In this document: in pieces, positions 1-9,007 of the stretch
Layout of the letters: each line of letters begins with the position of its first letter
How positions within the stretch are numbered: the stretch's first letter is position 1
Assembly (NCBI GenBank): GCA_008632985.1
Contig: QPGO01000276.1
Location: forward strand, 56,994 to 76,993
DNA length: 20,000 nucleotides
Source of the DNA: Psammoneis japonica
Lineage: Eukaryota
Reading direction: 5' to 3'
Notes under the pieces: generated by a model
What the model was told of the DNA's origin: nothing
Databases searched by the model: none
Seen by the model: the letters and a program-made list of their open reading frames with translations, nothing else
Position numbers and translations under genes: made by a program

Positions 1-612
1 CGCAACTATACTGTCTTTTTCTTTCTCTTCTTCTTGTTGTAGTTTAATAAAAGCGTCCTCCCACTCGGTAAAGGTGCGAGTGACCACAAACTCTTCAATC
101 TTGAACTCGTCATTGAGTCGAAACCGCGTTTGACCTTCCACCGCCATGGGAGTATTCTTTGGAGCAATGCCACAACTCGTTCCAGTCCATGTTCCGGTTT
201 CATACCAATGCGCCACAACCCAATCGCCTCGTTGACCGCATTCTGGACCGTAATGAAATTTAACGACGCAATCCGGGTGAGCCGTGACAAAATCCATGCA
301 CCGATCCACCAAATCCTGTGCCTTGACAGTGCGTTTGCTATCGTTGATTCCACAAACGTCGCGAATTGTTGCCTCTTGAGCAAAACAATCAAGAATCATT
401 TCTGGATCTTGTTGATTGACTCCCTCAAAGTACTGCTGAACAACAGTCTCCATGGCTGCTTTTGTTTCTTGATCGGAAAGAGTAGTAGAAGAAAAAAGAC
501 TCATTCTGTTGGTGTTTGTGTCACATCGAACTTTATTGAGTCCCACTATGCTAAAGGCGCTTGACCTCGATTAAAGAGACGCCAGTATAATGAGCTTGCT
601 CTTTAGCATCAT
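1..612 (-). CDS. SnoaL-like/NTF2-fold protein, 3'-partial (runs off the window start); putative bipartite plastid presequence interrupted by one in-frame TAA at 573-571; frame open from Met at 504
   Basis: My translation of a minus frame absent from the ORF track (no stop inside the window): MMLKSKLIILASL*SRSSAFSIVG...MSLFSSTTLSDQETKAAMETVVQQYFEGVNQQDPEMILDCFAQEATIRDV...DFVTAHPDCVVKFHYGPECGQRGDWVVAHWYETGTWTGTSCGIAPKNTPMAVEGQTRFRLNDEFKIEEFVVTRTFTEWE. The pattern V..YF...N..D......F...A / GD.V...W...GT..G...GI.P......V.G......D.KI is typical of SnoaL-like proteins. TpA, CpG and Tyr content are normal here. Confidence 0.8.
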
Positions 613-658
613 TGTCACACTACAACTCAAAGAAATAATGACAGCCGTCGACGTGTGT

Positions 659-865
659 TGTCGGAGGGAGTTCCCGAGATTGAATCGGATTAGTCGGGAA
701 TCCCGTAGAAGATCTTAGAGGACGAAGAAGTTCGAAGAACAGCAAGACTCAGAAGACATTTGACAAGATTGAATTTAGACAGAACAGATCAGAAAGATCA
801 TAATTTTAGAAAAGCAAAAGTTTACAGAGAGACAGAATACGTACAGCCCTTGAAGCCCTCGAACA
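659..865 (+). repeat. 5' LTR (207 bp)
   Basis: TGTCGGAGGGAG...CCCTCGAACA; aligns without gaps to 7409-7615 with 15 mismatches. Confidence 0.97.
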
Positions 866-935
866 TACTTCGAAGTATAATAGGCGAAGGCCCAAGAGGC
901 TGGGAGACTAGAGAGACACTTGAGTGTTAAGTAAG

Positions 936-1086
936 ATGGAGATTGCAGGAGAGAAATCGGTGCGCTTACCAAGCTTTGATGGTGAGCATAAGAACTTTCA
1001 GATCTGATGGATGAGGATGCTTGCGCATGCTAGTGTGTGCGGATTTGCGCAGGCAATGAACAAGACAGTTGAAGCAGCGGACTTGC
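936..1086 (+). pseudogene. copia gag N-terminus, interrupted by the nested DNA element
   Basis: MEIAGEKSVRLPSFDGEHKNFQI*WMRMLAHASVCGFAQAMNKTVEAADL has the copia gag LP.FDG..NF..W..R motif; it continues after the insertion at 3727 (PDAETDVVDETADD). Confidence 0.85.
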
Positions 1087-1162
1087 GGCAAAGATTTCAT
1101 GCTCGTGGCTGGTTAACGACAAGCCCATGACCCAATCTCTTTGTCTGACTTCGAGCCAAAGT

Positions 1163-1270
1163 GTTAGTGTAAATCGTTAAGTGTCATTTCCACTTCGACA
1201 CAAAGAAAGCTAAATGGTTAGCGTAAATCGTTAAGTGTCATTTCCACTTCGACACAAAGACAGCTAAATG
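1163..1270 (+). repeat. Subterminal tandem duplication, 2 x 54 bp
   Basis: GTTAGTGTAAATCGTTAAGTGTCATTTCCACTTCGACACAAAGAAAGCTAAATG (1163-1216) is repeated at 1217-1270 with 2 mismatches. Confidence 0.95.
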
Positions 1271-2575
1271 CTTAACGGCAGTGGTCAGATTTCAAAATCT
1301 GAGCAATACAGAAATGTCAATGATGAATTAGGATTTTTGATTGCATCTGCCGTAAATGTCATTACGCCAATTGCACTAATGAATACACAAATGAATTTGT
1401 ATTCCATCCTTTTCCTGAACTTTGATCTATCGGCATTTTCGATACGAGTACGCGATGACAACAATAAGGCATGCTTGTGTGTGTCATGGCCATAAGCTGT
1501 GAGGCGTACCATCACATTTGGATTGAACTCGGGGATCTTGATGTCGAAAGTAGCCATTTGTTTGACATTCGTGATTTTTCATCGCCCACAAACTGGGATT
1601 TCAACTGAGTCGAGTTGATGTTGGACGTGTTTCAAAGCACTGCATTTGATGAAACAATTGAGGGCTCTGGAATTATGGCATTTTATGCCATGGAGACTTA
1701 AAACAGTAAATGGGTTGACAATCAAGCAGTGATCGGGTTTGCCAACATTTCCAAAAATGTGACAACAAAAATTGCATCACTCAACAACCAACAACATCTC
1801 AAGAGATAGAAACAAGAAAAGTGACTCCTCTTTGCACTTGAATTAAAAGAGACAACAATGCACAACAAACATTTGAGAAGGACAAGAAGCTCTTGAATGC
1901 ATGGAACAAGAAGAGAGTCAATGAATCGCTCTTGCTTCGAACCTCATGACCTGTTCTCTCCATGATGGTGGTTGGCTGAAAGTTTGGTGGTGGTTTTTTA
2001 TGTGACTTGCAGCTTGAGGCATGTTGATGCATGAACACATGGCCCATGTGTGGTGTCACCTTTGGAATGTGCCACTTGTGGAGTTTGAGTGGACAACTCT
2101 CTGTGCTCAACCTTTGTCCGCCAAATGCTCCGTCAAAGTCCAGATGCTGCCCCATCCCACCCGACCATTGACACAAAACAGTTCTTGCAAAATGTTGTTG
2201 CCTGTTTCCCTCTTCCTCTGCAGAGCAGCTCTCTTGGTGACAGTGCTGCCCACATACCAGAATGTGCTCAAGAATGCTTTCCATTTTGCCAGCCAAGACA
2301 CCCAACTCGGGGCTGTGTGGGCTCGAATCTCTCTCAAGACAAGCTGACATTTGTGCCTGGCACTGGTGGCAACGCTGAGCCCTCCTTCCTGTTTGACTTC
2401 CCAGGAGTGTGCCCAGACCTCCTGCATGCTGGGTGGCTCAACCACAAGAGTTGCTGTCTTTGTTGGTTTTGTCAGCAGGATGTGCCAAGGCTGCTCTGGC
2501 CATGTGTGCACGCCTGGCTGGCACCACAAGTCCCGGTGCAAGGACAGCTCCGACAGCACTTTCTGCTGTCAGCAA

Positions 2576-2802
2576 AGAGTGTGAGCTGGCTGGACTGCCA
2601 AACCCCACACTTCACAGCTCCTTGGCAGTCACTCCAAATCAAGTGCCAACTTGGGGTCAACTGCACCTGGCTGGCTGCAATGCAAAGACAGCTGTGGCAG
2701 CACTTTGTGACAAAAAAGAGAGTGTGAGCTGGCTGGGCTCCCAACCCCACACTTCACAGCCCCTCAGCACTGGCTCCCAATCAAATGCCAGCTTGGGGCC
2801 AA
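2576..2802 (+). repeat. Diverged internal direct repeat, ~85-bp copies 143 bp apart
   Basis: AGAGTGTGAGCTGGCTGG...AACCCCACACTTCACAGC...AATCAA.TGCCA.CTTGGGG.CAA at 2576-2660 and 2719-2802. Confidence 0.8.
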
Positions 2803-3726
2803 TGGCTGCAAAGCCATTGTTGCAAATCCCTGTGCCTGCTCCCTCACACAGCTGTGCACAGGGTCAACATGTGTGGCCTTTGCAAGATGGGCCCCTGGCT
2901 GGCTGCTGACTCCTCAGCCACGGCTTGCAACAAGCCACCACAACACAGAGCATTGTGGGGTGAGTGCAGCACAGCTTGAACAAGCAAACCATGCTGAGAT
3001 CACCCAGAGTTGGCTGCTGTCCTGGGGCTCCATTCAAAGCTGAGCTGGGCTGCTTGGCTCCTTGGTGTGCAGCACATGCTTGGCATCACATTCTTGTCGC
3101 CAAGCAGCCACATGGCATGTGCCCACCATTTGTGCCTGCAACAGTGACCCCAGCCACAAAGAAGCCAACAAAAAGTTGAACCTGTTTTTGTGGTTGAAGA
3201 GTGAAGAAACAGTGAGCAAAGTTTGGTTCAAGATTTGTTGGCAATGCCAAGTGCTGGGCAACCAAAAAGAGGTGCCAAAAATGGCTGTTCTCACTCATTT
3301 CTCAAGAGGAGCTTGCACTCATGATGCAGGGTCTGAAGCAAGCACCAGTCAAGATGACAGTTTTTTCTCTCTGCTCCACTTAAAACACAGCCTTTGAGTC
3401 AATGTGGTGCTCTTTCAACAACTCACGCACACTGGGAGGAGCAGCTGGAGCCAGGGCAGCTGGCCTGGCAGGGCTTGGATGACACCCAAGCTGGGCTGCT
3501 CAGCCTGGTGGCACACACTCAGCGCCACATTGTTGCCCTCCTGCAGCCCGCAATGTGCCCCACTCTTGGCACCTGCAGCAACCACCCTGGACCAAAAGAA
3601 GCCAGCGCAACTCTGGCCATGGTTGCATGGTCAATTGTGTGTGTGTGTGTGTTCAACGGTTGATTCCCCTCTTTTTTTCTCTTTTCCTTTAACCGGCCAC
3701 GAACATGAAAAAATTGCCGGACTTGC

Positions 3727-5318
3727 CAGATGCTGAAACGGACGTTGTTGATGAAACTGCTGATGACGGAAAGAAGAAGAATGAAGCAAAGAAACGAAAT
3801 GTGCCGTTGCAGCAGCAAATTTCACGATGGCGTTTACTGCTGAAGGTCTGATGGGCATTGTGTGTGCTTCTCAGATGACTGAGAGGCCCGGTGGGCTGGC
3901 ATGGAAAACAGTGAAGGCATTGCACGAGATGCACATGCCGCAGGACCTGATTTCGAAGGTCGAGTTGCATCGCGAATTGAACAAAGTGACATTGAAGGAC
4001 AATGAAGAACCTGGAAAAATGTTTGAACAGTTGAAAGGGATTGAGAACAAGTTCAGTGCGGCATCACACAAGATTCCTGATGATGAGTTGATTGCCATCA
4101 CATTTGAGAAAGCACCCAAAATGTGCAAGTCGGTTGTGACAACTGAACAATGCATCCAAGGCAATGATTTGGAAATGAAACATTTGCAAGAAGCAACGAT
4201 GCAGTTGTGGAGGAACACAAGTGGTGGTTCCGAGCAAGAGAGTGCAAATGAAGTGAGTTTGACAGTGACAGAGTCGAGCATCATGTGTTGCAACTGTGGA
4301 GAGAAAGGGCACAAGGCCCATGAGTGCACCAAGCTGAGGAAACCCAAGAAAGGTGGCAGTGGTGGAGAAAAGAAATTTAAAGGAAAGTGCTTCAGCTGTG
4401 GTGAGACAGGTCACAGGAGCAAGGATTGCTGGATGAATCCTGACAACGCGGACAAGGCTCCAGCATGGTTTAAAGAGAAACAGAAGAAGAGCAATGAGAC
4501 CGGATTGTCAAGTGTGGATGCCGGAGCTAAAGTCGAGCTGTTGCTGACAAGCACGGAGACTGTGGAGTTTCCAGCAACTCTGAAATTGTTGGAGTCGGAA
4601 GAAGTGTGGGTGGCAGATTCAGGATCATCAGTTCATTCTTGTGCAAGCATGAGAGGTGCCAAGAATGTTGAGCGAGCAAGTGCTGATGACAAATTGACCA
4701 TCAGCAACAGTGCAGAGGAAGGAGCAAAGTCTGTTGTGGACTCACCTGGTGCCGCATGCAACAAGAATGGATGTGAGCTTGTGGACGCCACTCTGAAGGA
4801 TGTCAGCATTTTGCAACAAGCAACAAGTTCAACCCATTTGGCATTGCCAAGATGCAGATGCAAGGATGGGCACTTGGAGGTGACAAGAATGTGACATGGA
4901 TTCGCAAGAATGGTGTCGAGATGAAATTCGACATCAAGATGCACACGAATCGAGGTGTGGCATTCGCAATGCACATGAAACGAGGACAAGGCGAGTTGTC
5001 CAACGCAATGACACCAAGGAGGCTCAGCATTGAAAGAGCCCATTGTGAGTTGGGACATCCAAATGAAGACAAGACAAGATGCATCACAAAAATGTTGGGT
5101 TGGGAATTGCTCATGGTGGTTTGGTGCTGTGCGAATCGTGTGTGGTGGGAAAAGCCAAGCAAAAGAATGTGCCACAGGAGAGTGAACACAAACCTGCTCA
5201 GGATGCAGGCAACCAAGCATTTTTGGATGTTGCAAGCATCAAGCAAGTCAAGGATGGTCCCAAGGTCAACTCCAAATGCTGTTGGAGGATTGTGGTTGAT
5301 GAGCGCACGCAGTTGAAC
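3727..5318 (+). pseudogene. copia gag (UBN2-like region, two CCHC zinc knuckles), aspartic protease and integrase N-terminus; frameshifted
   Basis: CCNCGEKGHKAHEC and CFSCGETGHRSKDC knuckles; protease VWVADSGSSVH; integrase HHCC region AHCELGHPNE...CESCVVGKAKQK; first core Asp region AFLDVASIK...WRIVVDERTQL. Confidence 0.93.
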
Positions 5319-5401
5319 CCCATGAACGCCAAGAGGCGATTGGAGAGCTGGCGCACCCTGGAGAAGACATTGCACTGGAAGCAACACCTCAAGAACCCCA
5401 T

Positions 5402-7370
5402 GTGGAAGTCGGGGAGAGCACAGATCAACCAACGGAACATGATGAAAATGAAAATGGTGACAACGAAGAGCCAACGGAGTCTGTTGGCGGGGGAGAGATG
5501 AATGAATCGGGTGATTCTGCCAATTTTGCACCAAATTTTGTGCCAACGACTCGATCTGGAAGAGCCATGAAACCGCCCAATGGACTCATTGCAGAGATTC
5601 AAAATGTCAAATTGACACCCGCTGAACAGAAATTTTGTGCTCACATGAAAGAACTGAATGTGTTGTCATCATTCTGTGAAGATGGTTTTGATCTGATGAT
5701 CATGCATGGACTGGAGCCAAAAGGACCAGAAGCATCTTTGGTCGGAGCCGGAGTCGGAGCCGGGTTCGACAATGCGGTGGAATTGAAAGTCATGAAGCAC
5801 AACCAAGCCATGCAGACTGATGATGTGGAAGAATGGAATGATGCAGTTGAGGAAGAGCATGGCAAATTCCGGAGGTGCAAGGCATGGAAAGAAGTGCCAG
5901 CTGATGAGGTGCCGCACGATGCGAAAATCTTAAGTTCAATGTGGGCCATGAAGAAGAAAGCAGACGGAACCTGTCGTGCAAGGATCAATGCTTGTGGGTT
6001 TGAGCAGATTGATGGAGAGCACTGCAAAGAAAGTGACAAGTCAGCACCAGTGGTGAATGACATCACAGCATGAATCGCGTTGGTTTTGATTGTTGTGGCG
6101 AATTTGTGGGCCGAGCTGCTGGGCATTCAAGGGGCATTTCTGAATGGAAGATTTGCTGAAGGAGAGAAACTTTGTGTGAAAGTTCCACAAGGATTTGAGA
6201 GATTCTATCCAGAAAACGATGCATTGTTGTTGTCAAGGACAATTTGTGGATTGAAACAAGCAGCGATGTCATTCTGGTGCAAAACGCAGGAGGCATTCAA
6301 GAAGATGGAACATGCAAGGAGCCAAGCTGATCCCTGCTTGCAGTTCAAGTGGTTCAAGGAAGGATTGGTCATGTGGCTGACATGGGTTGATGATTGCTTG
6401 GTGGCAGGACCAACCAAACAAGTGAAAGAAGTGAAAGATCAGATGAAAGGTCTGTTCAACTGCACCAAGCTAGGAGAATTGAAAGAATGTGTTGGATGCA
6501 AGGTTGACATTGAAAGAGACAAAGGATGGGCAAAACTTGCACAACCAGTGATGATGCAGAGCCACAAAGACGAGTTTGATTTGGGAGAAGAAACTTGTCC
6601 AAGGACTCCAGCGCCGGGAGGCTCATCACTTGTGAAAGGCAAAGACAAGGAATTAATGGAGCACAAGGATCAAAAGATTCACAGATCTGGAACAGGAAAG
6701 TTGCTGCACATGATGAAATGGACAAGACCCGAGATTCTCAATGCAGTGAGAGAGCCATCAAGGCACATGAGTGGTGCTGTGAGAGCTCACATGGCTGCAA
6801 TGAAGTGGGTGATGCGATGCTGTGTGAGAACACCGAAGAGAGGATTGTTGTTGAAACCAAATGCCAAGTGGAGCAGAGCCAAGGAGCATGAATTTGTCAT
6901 TGTGGGCAAAAGTGATTCAGAGTGTGCAAAAGATCAGGAGACGAGGCACAGTGTGAATGATTGGAGCATGCATCTACACGAGGTGCCCATTTCGATGCGA
7001 AGCAAAATGATGCCCGTTGTTGCTCTGTCAGTTGCAGAAGCAGAGTTGTTCAGTGCCACTTTGTGTGCACAGGATGTGATGCATGCTGTGAGGGCATTGA
7101 ATTCCACGGGATTAAAGTGAAGCCACCTGTGAAGTCATGTGTTGACAACAAGGTTGCCAAGGATTTGATCGACAATTGGAGTGTGGGCGGATGCACGAGA
7201 CACATTGAAGTCAAGCAGCATTTTTTGAGAGAACTGAAGGAAGCTGGCATCATTGATTGTGTTTGGGTCAGTGGAGATGACATGACTTCCGACATTTTTA
7301 CAAAGAATTTGTCTGGCCCTACATTTGAAAAGCGTGCAATGAAATTTGTCGGCAATTGCAAGTGCGTGGA
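5402..7370 (+). pseudogene. copia reverse transcriptase and RNase H; one premature TGA and one frameshift
   Basis: WAMKKKADGTCRARINACGFEQ, GAFLNG, VKVPQGF, RTICGLKQAA, ADPCL, TWVDDCLV, TRPEI; RNase H SDSECAKD, ALSVAEAEL, VDNK, TRHIEVKQHFLRE, SDIFTKNL. Confidence 0.96.
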
Positions 7371-7398
7371 GAGCACAACTGAGACACACAAGATTCCT

Positions 7399-7408
7399 GA
7401 GGGGAGAG
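7399..7408 (+). other. Polypurine tract of the copia element
   Basis: GAGGGGAGAG directly abuts the TG of the 3' LTR. Confidence 0.9.
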
Positions 7409-7615
7409 TGTTGGAGGGAGTTCCCGAGATTGAATCAGATCAGTCAGGAATCCCGCAGAAGATCTTAGAGGATGAAGAAGTTCAAAGAACAGCAAGACTC
7501 AGAAGACATTTGACAAGATTGAATTTGGACAGAACAGATCAGAAAGATCGCAATTTTAGAAAAGCAAAAGTTTGCAGAGAGACAGAATGCATGCAGCCCT
7601 TGAAGCCCTTGAACA
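7409..7615 (+). repeat. 3' LTR (207 bp)
   Basis: TGTTGGAGGGAG...CCCTTGAACA, followed by TSD TGTGT. Confidence 0.97.
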
Positions 7616-7718
7616 TGTGTTTCATGGTTGTTGGTTGTCATTTTGATTATTTTTGCTGCAGACCTTGCAAGCGAAACACGTCATCATCAGTCACGAGTGA
7701 CAGATGTTTGAGCCAGTC

Positions 7719-9007
7719 ATGAGTCCAAAGATCCACCCGACAGCAGGCAGATGGCAATGGCACAGAGCATTTGGTTTGTTGCATTTTTTGAGTTTGTTGC
7801 TGTCACTCTTGCTTGTAAGTTTCAAGTTGCTGTGAGGCTTGTGGTCACTGTGATTGCTGTTGTCTTGCATTGCTGACAAAGAGGGACAGGAGACAGGCAT
7901 TGTAGAAATAGATTCAGTTGCCCGTGATGACCGTGTGGAACCTGATGAAAAGAAGCACGTGACAAAAGTCGTGCTGATGGGTCTTGCTTTTGTCTTGCTG
8001 GGCATGTCTCTTGGATTTGCATCCTTCTACCTCATGTTCCTTGCGCAGTGCGGGGACCTTGTTGAAGAACTGGAGGGACATCACAAGTCGTCTGTGCAAA
8101 GGTTGCAATTTCAATGCAAGCAGTGCGTTTCGGAATCCAAGAATGGCACCGAGTTGGAGGAAATCAAGGGATAATTGGAAGCTCAAACCACCCTAAAGCA
8201 GCAGCACCAGGGTGTCAAGGAAGAGCTCATCAAGCTTTGCAATCAAGACAGCATGTTGAATGAGCAAATTCAAAAGCTTCGAGAGCAACTTCACGAAGCC
8301 CAGAATGACCTGTCGCGGTTCATGGATGAGCACAAAAGGGAAAAAGCGGAACAAATTTCTGAGCAAGCCAAGCAAACTTCTGAGCAAGCCAAGAGAGAAC
8401 AAGACAAGTTGCAGGAAGAAAATCAGTGCCAGCTCCTGCAAATCTCTGAACAAGCCAAGAGCTTGCAGATCTCCAATCCACAGCAAACGAGTCAACTCAA
8501 AAAGCACCCAAGCTTGGTGCTTTGAATTTGGACTTGGAGAAATGTCTCTCAGAGGCTCAGGCAGGCATGGAGCCATTTCAGAAAAAGATTGATGAACAAG
8601 CCCAGGAATTGGGGGAACTTTGGGTGGAGAGGATGCAGTTGCTTGAGCACCAGAGCACGTCAGCTGAAACAGTTGCGAAACTCAAAGAAGATTTAAAGCC
8701 CGAGACACACGAGATCATCAAGTGCACGGAACACTTGCAGGCAATGTTGATGCGAGAAAATGTTTTGCATTGATGCAAGCAATCTGCCAAGGATGCATCT
8801 GCCAGCCTGCCGTGTGTGGATGAACATGATGAATGTGAAGCATGGGTGAGCAAGGGCAAATGCACAGCCAGCCCCACCCACATAAATCGATTCTGTCGCA
8901 AAATGCGTAAAATTTGTCCGCAGAATGACGACGACACTGAAATCAAGTGGATTGATGACAAGGCTGCACCAACTCTTGATGAGAAGTTTGCATCGAACAA
9001 GCAGTGA
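7719..9007 (+). pseudogene. Host-type gene remnant: hydrophobic N-terminus, TM helix, long coiled coil, C-terminal ShKT domain; putative intron 7815-7889
   Basis: ATG at 7719, MSPKIHP...FGLLHFLSLLLSLLL; a 75-bp GTAAGT...GCTGAC...CAG intron joins in frame to ETGIVEIDS; TM VVLMGLAFVLLGMSLGFASFYLMFLA; E/Q/K-rich heptads; CVDEHDECEAWVSKGKCTASPTHINRFCRKMRKIC (8813-8917) fits ShKT with one Cys lost. Stops at 8172 and 8771 and a frameshift near 8480-8520. Confidence 0.7.

Larger units (their letters stand above)
1087..3718. mobile_element. TIR DNA transposon, apparently non-autonomous, 30-bp TIRs, 8-bp TSD (Merlin-like ends; superfamily uncertain)
   Basis: Left TIR 1087-1116 GGCAAAGATTTCATGCTCGTGGCTGGTTAA vs reverse complement of 3689-3718 GGCAATTTTTTCATGTTCGTGGCCGGTTAA (25/30). 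TSD GGACTTGC at 1079-1086 and 3719-3726. Removing the element restores the gag frame. No transposase motif recognised. Confidence 0.92.
659..7615 (+). mobile_element. Ty1/copia LTR retrotransposon (diatom CoDi-like), both LTRs present, decayed, integrase core deleted
   Basis: 207-bp direct repeats TG...CA at 659-865 and 7409-7615; identical 5-bp TSD TGTGT at 654-658 and 7616-7620; PPT before the 3' LTR; domain order gag-CCHC-PR-IN-RT-RNaseH. Confidence 0.97.

Noticed and set aside
6..564. ORF-track entries 6..392(-) and 130..564(+)
   Set aside because: They are shadow frames of the SnoaL-like gene, which lies in a different minus frame running off the window.
659..865. Classical RIP (CpA->TpA) acting on the 5' LTR as the explanation of the LTR differences
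   Set aside because: Conserved Tyr->Cys/His changes and region-wide TpA loss show that TA is ancestral; RIP would enrich TpA and create TAA/TAG stops.
1163..1270. CRISPR-like array
   Set aside because: Only two head-to-tail 54-bp copies with no spacers, in a eukaryotic TE context.
1285..1557. 90-aa minus-strand ORF as the transposase of the TIR element
   Set aside because: Too short, and no DDE or other recognisable motif.
3636..3651. (TG)8 microsatellite as a converted (TA)n tract
   Set aside because: Compatible with the mutational bias but untestable from one copy; TG repeats are common anyway.
6961..7722. 253-aa ORF suggesting an extra C-terminal domain after RNase H
   Set aside because: It reads through the PPT and 3' LTR because stops were erased (e.g. 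TAG at 691 and 706 in the 5' LTR is CAG in the 3' LTR).
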